Shown one piece after another: positions 30,951 through 40,905 of a DNA stretch of 64,000 nucleotides. Under the pieces are notes generated by a model, which did no database searches, had not been told where the DNA came from, and saw only the letters and a list, made by a program, of their open reading frames with translations. Positions within the stretch are counted from its first letter, which is position 1; each line of letters opens with the position of its first letter. Made by a program: the position numbers and the translations under genes. This DNA is from an uncultured delta proteobacterium (lineage in GTDB: Bacteria > Desulfobacterota > BSN033 > UBA1163): the NCBI GenBank assembly GCA_963708295.1, contig CAVPSJ010000016.1, forward strand, positions 32,001-96,000, written 5' to 3'.

Positions 30951-31564
30951 ATCTGACCAACGACTTTCTCCAATTCGTCCGAAGCCGTCGAAGTATCAGG
31001 AAATTCCGAAAGGGTCCTCTCCCGAGGGAAGCTCTTCACCACATGATCGAGGCAGCTAGCTGGGCTCCCTCAGCCAGCAATCGACAGGACTGGGAGTTTA
31101 CCACCATCACTTCCCCCACCATGAAGAAGAGAATGGAAGATATCGTTCGGAGCCGCTGGAAGTTGATCCTCGACAAGAGCCAAACAGGAGCAATCCAGGA
31201 GGAGTTGGAGAAGTATGCGAAGAATTTCGACTGGTTTTCCCATGCCCCCGTGCTTATGGTCGTTTCCGCCAAGAGGCCAGAGGCCTTTCTTTCCAGCCTA
31301 TTGGGTGAAGCAGCTGAGGATGTGGCAGGGACAGTGATCTCTGCGGCCATGGCCGCTCAGAATCTGATGCTGGCGGCCCATGCCATGGGGATCGGAAGCT
31401 GTTGCATTACGGGACCTTTAGCAGCACAAGAGGCTCTGAAGGAGCTTCTCGGGTTCAGCCAGCGGAGGAAAATTGTCTGCCTCGTTGCCCTGGGCTATCC
31501 AGCCGAGGAGCCAGAAGCCCCTCTCCGCAAGGCTGTGGAGAAGATTGCGAGATACATCGAATGA
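30947..31564 (+). CDS. Nitroreductase-family flavoprotein
   Basis: RRSIRKF, APSASNRQDW, AAQNLMLAAHAMGIGSC and LGYP. Confidence 0.9.
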   Translation: MNLTNDFLQFVRSRRSIRKFRKGPLPREALHHMIEAASWAPSASNRQDWEFTTITSPTMKKRMEDIVRSRWKLILDKSQTGAIQEELEKYAKNFDWFSHAPVLMVVSAKRPEAFLSSLLGEAAEDVAGTVISAAMAAQNLMLAAHAMGIGSCCITGPLAAQEALKELLGFSQRRKIVCLVALGYPAEEPEAPLRKAVEKIARYIE

Positions 31565-31959
31565 ACCGGGATGAGGTCGTTCGAGGCGTTTGTGAGTGTG
31601 TCGCTGCTGTCGTGGATGCGGATCCGTCCAACGTTCACGAAGGCCACCGCATTCTTGAAGATCTTGGAGCCGATTCACTGGACCTGCTTGATCTCGTCTT
31701 TCATCTTGAGCAGAGATTCAAAATTAAAATCTCACCGCGCGATATTGAGCGCCGGGCCCAGAAGGAGCTCGGGAGAATCCCGCTCGAAGTGGACGGAGTA
31801 TATACTCCCGAAGCCATCGAGCAGTTGAGAAGGGCCATGCCCGAGGTGCCGCGGGAAGAACTTTCGGAAGGACTCCGCTCGGCAGATCTTCCAAGAAGCT
31901 TTCGCGTGGCGACCTTCGTTCGTCTGGTCGCCCGTCTCATGGAGGAACAGTATGGATAG
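31561..31959 (+). CDS. Extended acyl carrier protein (132 aa)
   Basis: DLGADSLDLLDLVFHLEQRFKIKI phosphopantetheine-Ser motif, then a ~50-aa insertion before FRVATFVRLV. Confidence 0.85.
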   Translation: MNRDEVVRGVCECVAAVVDADPSNVHEGHRILEDLGADSLDLLDLVFHLEQRFKIKISPRDIERRAQKELGRIPLEVDGVYTPEAIEQLRRAMPEVPREELSEGLRSADLPRSFRVATFVRLVARLMEEQYG

Positions 31960-32665
31960 TGTGGCACTGGTGACTGGAGGCAGCGGCGCAGTGGGAGGGG
32001 CCATCGTCCGGCGCTTTTCGCAGGACGGATTTAAAGTGGCCTTCACCTTCCATCATCGCCAGGAACGGGCGGAGCAGCTTCAGAAAGAAACCGGTGCCTT
32101 CGGGTTCCAGGGAGATCTGCTAGATCGGGAACAGGTCAGGGAGATTGTGGAAAAAGTTCTTGAGACCTTCGGGCACATCGACGTCCTCGTCAACAATGCG
32201 GGCCTGACACAGGTGATGCCCTTTGCTTTGATCGAAGAGGAGGATTGGGATCAGATCCTCACGGCCAATCTGAAGACCATGTTCCTGGTCACCAAGGAGG
32301 TCGTCCGGTCAATGATCAAACGCAGGAGAGGAGTGGTGATCAATATCGGTTCCCTAGCAGGGCACCGGCTTCTCGATGTTCCCGTTCATTATGCCACAGC
32401 CAAGGCGGGGGTCAGTGGCTTTACCTTGTCGCTGGCCAAAGAGCTTTCTCGTTACAATATTCGGGTGAACGAGGTGGTGCCGGGTCTCCTTTCAAAAGGC
32501 ATTGGGGAATTGGTCCCCGAGAAAGAAAGAGCCGAATACTTGAGGTATTGTGCGGCAGGGCGTCCGGGTGAGCCGGAGGAGGTTGCAGATTTAGTGGCTT
32601 TCCTCGCAAGCGAAAAAGCACGATATATCAACGCGCAGCCCGTGTTTGTCGACGGGGGAATCTGA
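31952..32665 (+). CDS. Second FabG-like SDR
   Basis: TGGSGAVG, VNNAG, YATAK and VDGG. Confidence 0.88.
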   Translation: MDSVALVTGGSGAVGGAIVRRFSQDGFKVAFTFHHRQERAEQLQKETGAFGFQGDLLDREQVREIVEKVLETFGHIDVLVNNAGLTQVMPFALIEEEDWDQILTANLKTMFLVTKEVVRSMIKRRRGVVINIGSLAGHRLLDVPVHYATAKAGVSGFTLSLAKELSRYNIRVNEVVPGLLSKGIGELVPEKERAEYLRYCAAGRPGEPEEVADLVAFLASEKARYINAQPVFVDGGI

Positions 32666-32666
32666 A

Positions 32667-33110
32667 ATGCGCTGGAGATTCGTGGATAGAATGGAGGCCT
32701 TTGAGCCCTGGACCTTCTTGAGGGGTCGAAAGTCGATTTCTCTTGAAGAGTATTGTCTGCTCGACGCCTTGGGTCGAAAAGGTGTGTTTCCCGAGACCCT
32801 GGCTCTTGAAAGCTGCACTCACCTCGGACGATGGCTCGTCATGAAAAGTTCCGATTTCCTTAAGATCGGCCTTCTTTCCGAGGTTCGTGAGTTTTCTTTT
32901 GCGAATGAGTGTGGCATGGGACAATCTCTGGAGATGACAGTGCGTGTGCAGAAAAAAGAAGAGGGTTCCATCGAAGCAGCATGTGAGGCAACGGCGGAAG
33001 GGAGACCCATCTGCCGGGGAGTCCTGATTCTCGCCTTTAGGGAGCTTGGGGAACTCGTCGATCCTGAAACGATGAGAGCCACGTGGCAGGAACTTTATGT
33101 CAAGACTTGA
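32667..33110 (+). CDS. FabZ-like hotdog protein lacking the catalytic HFP motif
   Basis: MRWRFVDR..GRKSISLEE..VFPETLALES follows the FabZ layout but has no His-Phe-Pro. Confidence 0.7.
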   Translation: MRWRFVDRMEAFEPWTFLRGRKSISLEEYCLLDALGRKGVFPETLALESCTHLGRWLVMKSSDFLKIGLLSEVREFSFANECGMGQSLEMTVRVQKKEEGSIEAACEATAEGRPICRGVLILAFRELGELVDPETMRATWQELYVKT

Positions 33111-34509
33111 CGAGCGGGCGTACACCTATTTTTCGACGGTTCGATCCATGTGCCGCTCTTGCCGGGCGGTCGTTCCTGCCCGGGTCTTTTTCCAGGAAGG
33201 AAAGGTCTGGCAGCAGAACCTCTGCCCTTGCGGCAACAGCCAGCCGGCATTGATCGCAGCGGACAAGGATTGGTATCTGGAAAATATCCTGAGGCCCATC
33301 TCCGATCGCTCTCCGCTCAAGTTATCACACCCGCTGAAGAATGGATGCCCTCATGATTGCGGACCGTGCGCATGGCATGCCACACCCTGCCAGCTTCCTG
33401 TAATTTCGGTGACGAACGCCTGCAACCTGGGCTGCCCCATCTGTTTTACCTACAATCGTCCCGACCGGACCTATTTTATGTCCGTGGAGGAAATGGAACG
33501 AACCGTTGATTGGATCATTGCATCCTCCGATCGAGTCGATTTGATCAATATCACGGGGGGGGAACCGACCCTCCACCCTCGAATCCTCGACCTCCTGCGC
33601 TGCTGCAAGCGGCCTGAGATCGGCCGGATCACGATGAACTCCAATGGTCTCCGCCTCGCAGAAGATCCCGACCTTTGCGAACAACTGGCCGCGTTAGGTG
33701 CCTATGTCATCCTCTCCTTCAATACCTTCGATCCCAAGACAGCCCTCCTTCTTCATGGAAAGGATGTTGTGGAAGAGAAGCTTCAGGCCATTGAAAACCT
33801 CACCCGGGCAGGGGTCAAGATAACCCTTCTTTACGTGATGATGCGCGATACGAATGAGAATGCCCTTGCGGGGATCCTTGATTTGATAAGGACCAACGAT
33901 CAGATCTTGAGCCTCACGGTTCAGACCATGACCTATACGGGCCAGGGGGGTGGCTATTGGCCCCTTCGTCAACCTATCCCCGTCGATGAGGCGGCACGCA
34001 TGGTGTGCCAGCAGTCCGGTGGTGCATTTGTCTTCTCGGATTTCCTCCCGCGACCGTCGAGCCATCCGTTGTGCTATCTGACATGTTATGTGCTCAAGTC
34101 AGGGCGGACCTTTCTGCCCTTTGCAAGGTTCGCTCCCGCCGAGAAGATCCTTTCCCTCATGAAAGACTCCTATCTGATCCGCCTTGGCGACGAGGAGGAT
34201 TTTTTCAGGGAGGCCATCAACCGGCTCTATTCGGAGGGGAAAACAGAGCCCTTGAAACTATTTCGGGAATTGATCGAAGCGCTCTATCCTCGCAACCGGG
34301 ACATCAGCATCTTTGAGCGTCAGCGGCTTGCGGAGTCGTCGGTTCGTACCATTTACATTCATGCCCATATGGATGAGGACACCTTCGACTGCTCCCGTGC
34401 CATGCTCTGTCCGGACCTCGTGCCGGCAGAACCGGGCAGGCTGATCCCGGCCTGCACGTATAACCTTTTCTACCGGATGAAGGATGAGAGGTTTTATGTT
34501 AACCGATAA
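33097..34509 (+). CDS. Radical SAM enzyme, tetraether synthase (Tes/GDGT-MAS, MJ0619)-like, paralog 1
   Basis: SMCRSC...CPC N-terminal site; GCPHDCGPCAWH; CNLGCPIC; TGGEPTLHP; SHPLC; HMDEDTFD..R...C...GRLIPACTYN. Confidence 0.8.
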   Translation: MSRLDERAYTYFSTVRSMCRSCRAVVPARVFFQEGKVWQQNLCPCGNSQPALIAADKDWYLENILRPISDRSPLKLSHPLKNGCPHDCGPCAWHATPCQLPVISVTNACNLGCPICFTYNRPDRTYFMSVEEMERTVDWIIASSDRVDLINITGGEPTLHPRILDLLRCCKRPEIGRITMNSNGLRLAEDPDLCEQLAALGAYVILSFNTFDPKTALLLHGKDVVEEKLQAIENLTRAGVKITLLYVMMRDTNENALAGILDLIRTNDQILSLTVQTMTYTGQGGGYWPLRQPIPVDEAARMVCQQSGGAFVFSDFLPRPSSHPLCYLTCYVLKSGRTFLPFARFAPAEKILSLMKDSYLIRLGDEEDFFREAINRLYSEGKTEPLKLFRELIEALYPRNRDISIFERQRLAESSVRTIYIHAHMDEDTFDCSRAMLCPDLVPAEPGRLIPACTYNLFYRMKDERFYVNR

Positions 34510-35066
34510 AGATAAAGCGAAGCGGAAAGCAGAGAGGGATGCGCTCCAAACCTACTGCAAAGGCAGCCAGAATCGTCCCTTTGTTCTGGAACGCAACGAT
34601 GCCTATTATGTCTGCGAGGTCCTCTTTCCGTCCATCCTTGACCACATCCGAATCCCCATTCGGTGTCTGATGGTGGGCATCGTGAATGCAGTACCCATTT
34701 CGGCTCTTAAAGCTCTTCTTCTACCGCGTGCTTGGAATGAAGATCGGGAAGGGAGTCTATATCGCTCCTGAGGTATTGATGGATCCGCTCTACCCGTGGC
34801 TGATCGAACTCGAAGATGACTGTTTTCTCGGAATGGGATGCAAGATCTTCACCCATGAGTACACCGCGACCTACTTCAGGATAGGTCGTGTGCGGATCGG
34901 AAGAGGTTCGGTCATCGGAGCCTACTCGATCATACGCTCCGGAGTGACGATTGGAGAAAGAGTGACCGTGGGGTTCAACAGTTACGTCAATAAAGATATT
35001 GGCGATGGCGAGACCGTGGGCGGCGTTCCAGCCAACCCTTTAAGACGGAGTCCGGGAAGAGGATAA
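34496..35066 (+). CDS. Hexapeptide-repeat acyltransferase, YvoF-like (frameshift near 34710)
   Basis: YRVLGMKIGKGV...IFTHEY...RIGRVRIG..SVIGAYS.IRSGVTIG...GGVPA left-handed beta-helix. Confidence 0.8.
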
Positions 35067-36079
35067 TGGGGTTTCTTGTAAATTATCTGGAAAACGTCGT
35101 GTCCCTTGGATTCCGAAGAGAGCCCGCCCGCCCTCTCCTCTTCTCGTACTATGTCACCCATCGCTGTGAGCTGAACTGTCGCTATTGCTGCGATGGGGAT
35201 GGAAAACGGTTCAAAGAGGATCCCGTCCCCGAACTCTCGGTGGATGAAGCGGCCAGGCTCTTCTCTGTCGTTAGAAGGGCTTGTGACACATTGGATATCA
35301 CGGGTGGGGAGCCGATGGTGCGGGAAGACCTGGAAGAAATACTTGCCTGTGCCCGCCAGATGGGATTCAGAACGGTTCTCAACACAAAAGGGATCGGGTT
35401 GAACGATCGACCCGACGTCATGCGACTTACCGATGTCCTTGTTCTCAGCCTCGATGCCATGGACCCGGAAGCTCTCTCAGAAGTGATCGGACGGCCAAAG
35501 GCGACGGCTGAGAAGATCATCGAGGCCGTTCATTTCGCCCTCTCCAAGAGAAAGGAGACCGGAACAAAGCTTGTCTTCACTGCTGTCGCCACCCCCGCCA
35601 ACCTGACCGGAGTATGGGAAGTACTCCGCTTTGCTTCAAAACATTCCGTTGCCTTTAATGTTTCTCCGGAGATCGTTGGCACCACCGTCCATTCGAAGCT
35701 TCGCGATAATTCCGATTACGATCATCTGATTGCAGAGGTGATCATGGCGAAGAGAGAAGGGTCGGGGATCCTTGGGGTCCCGCGTTATCTTCAGAGGATC
35801 CGGGATTTTGGCCCCTTCCGTTGCTACCCCCTTCTGATGCCGACGATCAGACCGGACGGGAGGATGTATTATCCTTGCCTTGAAAGCAAACGAGCTGAGG
35901 TCAGCCTCCTCGAGGCGGGAAGTTATCCCACGGCCTTGAAGGCAGCCCGTGAACGTGCTGGAGATCTCCCGGACTGCAAGGATAGCTGCCATCTCTTCTG
36001 CCATATGGCGATCTCCCTCTATCAGCGACATCCTTTTTCTGCGCTGGGGGAAATCAAACAGTGGAGGATAAAATGCTGA
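35066..36079 (+). CDS. Radical SAM protein with C-terminal Cys-rich (SPASM/Twitch-like) domain
   Basis: CELNCRYC, TGGEP, SLD; C...RPDGRMYYPC...CKDSCHLFC. Confidence 0.85.
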   Translation: MGFLVNYLENVVSLGFRREPARPLLFSYYVTHRCELNCRYCCDGDGKRFKEDPVPELSVDEAARLFSVVRRACDTLDITGGEPMVREDLEEILACARQMGFRTVLNTKGIGLNDRPDVMRLTDVLVLSLDAMDPEALSEVIGRPKATAEKIIEAVHFALSKRKETGTKLVFTAVATPANLTGVWEVLRFASKHSVAFNVSPEIVGTTVHSKLRDNSDYDHLIAEVIMAKREGSGILGVPRYLQRIRDFGPFRCYPLLMPTIRPDGRMYYPCLESKRAEVSLLEAGSYPTALKAARERAGDLPDCKDSCHLFCHMAISLYQRHPFSALGEIKQWRIKC

Positions 36080-37098
36080 GGCAGATTTCACAGGAACTCC
36101 ATTACCAGCACCGATCCTTGAGGTTGGGTCTCGCTTTCTTCCGCCGCCGCTTGCTCCATTGCAATCTACAGGTGACTTACCGTTGTAATTTTCACTGTCA
36201 GATCTGCGACTTCTGGAAGGAACCTCACGATCCCTCCGATGAACTGACGGTGGAGCAGATCCAGAGGATTGGCAAAAACCTCAACCGTTTGGGCACCCTG
36301 GTCATCTCCCTTGGCGGAGGTGAGCCACTCATCCGCCAGGATCTCTATCAGGTGATCGCCGTGCTCAATAAAACCAACCATTTCCCAATCCTCATCACGA
36401 ACGGTTGGTTCGTGAATGAAACCATAGCCAAAGACATCTTGCGGGCGGGTCTGCAAGAGATCTCGGTTTCCGTCGACTACGCGGATCCGGCCAAACACGA
36501 TGCCCAACGCGGGCGCGTCGGTGCTTGGGATCGTGCCATCAAAGCGCTTGAGCTGCTCAACCGTTATCGTCCTGACCGCCGTCATCGAGTCCACATGATC
36601 ACGGTGCTGATGGACGACAACCTTGAGGAAATCGAACCCCTCCTCCAGCTCTGTCGAGATCTCGGGGTGACTTACTTCATCAACCTCTATTCCTCCGGCC
36701 GTGGAACAAAACCATGCCGTGCGCCAGACGGAAACGTTAGCGATAAACTCCTGGAGCTCAAAACCAGGTACCCTGAGTTCATCTCGTTGACATCCTACGT
36801 GGGGCAGTTCGATCAAGCGATCGCTGAAGGCGGTATCGGCAACTGCCACGCGGGAACTCTCACGTTTAATATCGGAAGCCGGGGCGAGGTCTCACGGTGT
36901 ATCGATACGATCGACGAGCCGGTTGGGAACATTTTGACGGACGAGATCACAGACCTCCGCGACCGACTTCAAACGGCGCAGGAAAAGGGAAGCTGCGCGC
37001 ATTGTTGGACCTCATGCCGGGGCTCTGTCGAGTCTTTATACAAGCCGCCACGAGTCCGCCAGTTCCGGGAGTTCTGTGTCTCGGTGAAGAGGCATTGA
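36073..37098 (+). CDS. Radical SAM/SPASM protein
   Basis: CNFHCQIC, GGGEP, TNG and HDAQRG; CHAG...GEVSRC...CAHCWTSC. Confidence 0.87.
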   Translation: MLRQISQELHYQHRSLRLGLAFFRRRLLHCNLQVTYRCNFHCQICDFWKEPHDPSDELTVEQIQRIGKNLNRLGTLVISLGGGEPLIRQDLYQVIAVLNKTNHFPILITNGWFVNETIAKDILRAGLQEISVSVDYADPAKHDAQRGRVGAWDRAIKALELLNRYRPDRRHRVHMITVLMDDNLEEIEPLLQLCRDLGVTYFINLYSSGRGTKPCRAPDGNVSDKLLELKTRYPEFISLTSYVGQFDQAIAEGGIGNCHAGTLTFNIGSRGEVSRCIDTIDEPVGNILTDEITDLRDRLQTAQEKGSCAHCWTSCRGSVESLYKPPRVRQFREFCVSVKRH

Positions 37099-38513
37099 TG
37101 GAAACTCTGGGGATGACTCAATCGACCTGCAGCGTCTGCCGCGCCGTCATTCCCGCTAAGATCGTCACGGACGGACAGGAGTGTTTACTTCCATAAGTTC
37201 TGCCACGACCATGGCGAATCCCGCATCTTAATCTTCGGTGATCTTCCTCAATTACCTCCGAACGCTCAGATATGTGAAACCGGCGTGGGAACCCAAGACG
37301 TTCGTGGGCGACGCCAGGGCCAGGTGTCCGGAGGGGTGCGGGTTCTGCGAGCGGCATGAACAGCACCTCTGCATGCCAATCATTGAGATTACGAATCGGT
37401 GTGACCTGGTCTGCCCTGTCTGCATCAATGCGTCAGGCAGAGAATTCGACGGGAACTTCAACTCCATGGGATCTCTCGCTTCATGAGTTCCGCACCTTCT
37501 CGATGTGATCCTTGAAGCAGAGCGCCAGGTCGATGTCCTCAATCTATCAGGCGGTGAGCCGCTTCTTCATCCGCGGCTCCTTGATATGATCGACGAAGCC
37601 CTGTCAAGAAAGGAAATCGTTCGGGTCAGCCTCTCCACCAATGGTCTTCGATTCCGAGACGAACCCCGCCTCCTTCAGGAACTCCACAGGCGTCACGTGG
37701 TCATCTCACTGCAATTTGATGGCTTCAATGAAACGATCTACGAGACCCTTCGCGGAAAACCAATGCTTCGGAAGAAACTTGAGATCCTTGACATGCTGAA
37801 AGATTGTGGGATAACGACGTCGCTGACTATGACCGCTGGCGGAGAGGTGAATGACGACCAGTTCCCCCCAATGCTCGATTATCTCTTCGGACATGACCAT
37901 GTGGTCAGTCTGATGGTGCAACCTGTAGCTTTTGTGGGCCGCGGAGGCGCCATGCCACAATAAGGTCAAACGCCTCACGGTTCCCGATGTCGTCCGCCTC
38001 CTCGAGAAAGCAGGCCATCCAGCCGTCAAGGCAGATGACTTTGTGCCTCTGCCCTGCAGCCATCCCCTCTGCTTCAGCCTGGCCTTCTATCTCATGCTCG
38101 ACAGCGGAGGCGTCGTCTCCGTAAGCAGGCTTACAGATGCCGCAACGCTGATGGATTCTCTCTCGAACCGTGTTGTTTTTGGACTCGATCTGGATGAACA
38201 CGAAAGGCTGAAGCAAATGATCTACGACCTCTGGAGCGGGCCGTCAGGAGCGGTTCCGGAGAACAAGGCGGTCCTCGAGACGCTTCGCAATATCCTCAAA
38301 AAGATGTCCCAGACCTGCTGCGGTCCTTTTAATCCACGACAGGCCTTCACGCTTGCAGAGCGAAAGGTAAAGTCGATCTTCATCCATGCGTTCCAGGATG
38401 CGGAAACCTTTGATCTGACTCGGGTCCGGCGGTGCTGCCAGGCCTATCCGCAGCCCGATGGGAAACTTATTCCTGCTTGTGTCCACAACGTCCTGGGGAG
38501 GGAAAGGCGGTGA
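37098..38513 (+). CDS. Tes/GDGT-MAS-like radical SAM enzyme, paralog 2 (several frameshifts)
   Basis: Joined frames give TQSTCSVC...KFCHDHG; CPEGCGFCERH; CDLVCPVC; SGGEPLLHP; LQFDG; CSHPLC; FQDAETFDLTRVRRCC...DGKLIPACVHN. Confidence 0.78.
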
Positions 38514-38572
38514 AGATCCTTTGGGTCATTTGCCCGAGCTGCTACGCCGGGCATCTTCTGAAGAGGAGAGCG

Positions 38573-40065
38573 ATGATTTTCTATACGCGGAATACCTATC
38601 TCGATCATAACGCGACAACGCCCGTTGCGAAGGAAGTGCGAAGAGCGATGGAACGTGTACTCAAGAAGATCCCCGGAAATGCATCGTCCCTTCACACCCA
38701 TGGACGGACCGCACGCGGGCTGGTGGACCAGGCCCGGAGATCGGTTGCTGCGCTTCTCGGATGCCCACCCGAACAGGTGATCTTTACTTCCGGTGGAACC
38801 GAGGGAAATAATGCAGTGATCAAAGGCGTGTTTGCCGAATCCGGGAAGGGCCATATCATTACATCAAAGATCGAGCACGAATCCGTTCTCGGAGCGTGCG
38901 AACAGGTGGAGAAGATGGGTGGAGAGGTCACCTACCTCTCCGCCGGCAGAGACGGGCTCGTCCGCCTCGAAGATGTGAAGGCCGCCATTCGCCCGGACAC
39001 GATCCTGGTCTCGATCATGCACGGCAATAACGAGACCGGCGCGATTCAGCCAGTCGAGGAGATCGGACGGATCTGCCAAAGTACCGGAATTCCATTTCAT
39101 ACCGATGCCGTTCAGACGTATGGAAAGATCCGGACGAATGTGGATGAACTGGGTTGCGAATTCCTCACGCTGACAGCGCACAAAATCAACGGTCCCAAGG
39201 GAGCAGGGGCCCTCTACTGGCGCGGTAAGACGAAATGGAACCCTCTGGTCTATGGGGGCGACCAGGAACAAAAGCTACGGGCGGGCACGGAAGGCGTTCA
39301 CCAGATCGTGGGTCTGGGTGCGGCAGCGGATTTGGCACGAGGTCGAATGGAACAGGAACTGCCCAGGCTCTGGGAACTTCGGAGACAACTTCTTCAGGGG
39401 CTGAGAAAGATCGTCCCCGATATCCGGGTCAATGAAGCGCCTCCGGACCGGCAGCTTCCTGGGACCATCAATCTTACTTTTCCGGGAAAGGAGGGCGTTC
39501 GAATTCTGGCCGGCCTCGACTGTTATGAGATCAGCGTATCGATCGGGTCAGCTTGCACCGCCGACCGGGTTGAGCCTTCCCACGTGCTCCTGGGAATGGG
39601 ACTGAGTGAGAAGGAGGCCCTTTCGTCGATTCGCATCAGCATGGGGACAACGACAAGACCTGCAGATGTCCGCTACTTGCTGGCAGTCCTTCGAAGAAGT
39701 CCTGAAAGGTGACCCTGCAGGCTTTTCGTACCTTGATCCCCAGCACCTTACCGAAGAGCGAATCCGTTCCGAGAAGACCTTTCTGATCGATCTTCGGTTT
39801 CCCTACGAGCGGATGCTGTCTCCCACCATTCCTGGCGCAGCAGGAGTGGTCGCATATCTATTTTGAGAGATATCTGAAGCGGATACCCTGGGACAAAGAG
39901 GTGATCATGATGTGTGGCACCGGAATCTTTTCCTTCTCGGCGGGATACCGACTTGCCAGAGCGGGTCATCCGGCTGTTCGGGTCGTTTACGGCGGGTATG
40001 CGGCGTGGCACGGCCTTTACCCTGAACTCATTCACCGCTTAAGAGGGGGACCGCCTTCGGGTTAG
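38573..40065 (+). CDS. Cysteine desulfurase (IscS/NifS type) fused to a C-terminal rhodanese domain (two frameshifts near 39690 and 39840)
   Basis: YLDHNATTP, FTSGGTE, HTDAVQ, AHKINGPKG and GSACT; then LIDLR...IPGA...EVIMMCGTG...VYGGYAAW rhodanese motifs ending at TAG 40063-40065. Confidence 0.8.
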
Positions 40066-40123
40066 GGCAACCGCATCGTATCCGCTGGTCAGACGAAACG
40101 ATATCCGGCGGGCCGCTTTTTTC

Positions 40124-40750
40124 CTATACCAGGAATGGAATAAACCTGTATCGCACCCGCTTCATGTATTCCCGATACTCCGGCTGCTGAATGAGAAATC
40201 GCTCTTCAAGGATCGCCCGGTAGACGTAACATGCTGTCGAGATAATGAAAACAAGCACGGTAAAAAGGTTGAAGTGACTCATCAGGAAGCCCACACGCAG
40301 GAGGATATCGGTCGCATACATGGGATGCCTGACGATCCCGTAAAGACCACGCGATTTCAGTCTGCGGAACGCGATCAGGATGCCGAAACTGCGTCCGAGG
40401 TTTAACAGCGTAGCGACGCCGAGCACATTCGCGCAAAAAATGACCACCTGCGAGATCTGCTTTGCCACCTGGGGCCCCGTTGCCGGTTGTCCCATAAACG
40501 CTGCTCCGGAACAGAACGCAATGATCGCAATCGCTTGATGCAAGAGGTTTGTCTGAATCAACTGATGGGGTTTACGAATGAGAAAGATAACGGCGAGCAG
40601 CAGACTTTGAATGGTAAAACTGATTTCCACATACCCGAGCGTCCCCTTAAGATGGTATTGGTAAGTCTGCCAGATCCCCCACCCGGCGAAATTGAGAAAT
40701 AGGTAGATATTAAGAAGGGATTGCCAGTGTTTTTTGAAAAACGCTTCCAA
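40124..40750 (-). CDS. Isoprenylcysteine carboxyl methyltransferase (ICMT/PEMT)-family membrane protein
   Basis: LGRSFGI...GLYGIVRHPMY...RAILEERFL...YREYMKRVRYRFIP, multiple TM segments. Confidence 0.85.
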   Translation of the reverse strand: MEAFFKKHWQSLLNIYLFLNFAGWGIWQTYQYHLKGTLGYVEISFTIQSLLLAVIFLIRKPHQLIQTNLLHQAIAIIAFCSGAAFMGQPATGPQVAKQISQVVIFCANVLGVATLLNLGRSFGILIAFRRLKSRGLYGIVRHPMYATDILLRVGFLMSHFNLFTVLVFIISTACYVYRAILEERFLIQQPEYREYMKRVRYRFIPFLV

Positions 40751-40905
40751 TCGATTTTCGTTCCGATAGGATACCGCAGGCTAAAGCTTGCAGCTACAAA
40801 GAGAATATCACAATACAACGTCCTGAGTCACGCCTGACTGCTTAACCACCCGTTGCATCAATAAAAATCTAGAAACCGCATTTTCATTTCAACCTCAGGG
40901 TTGAA

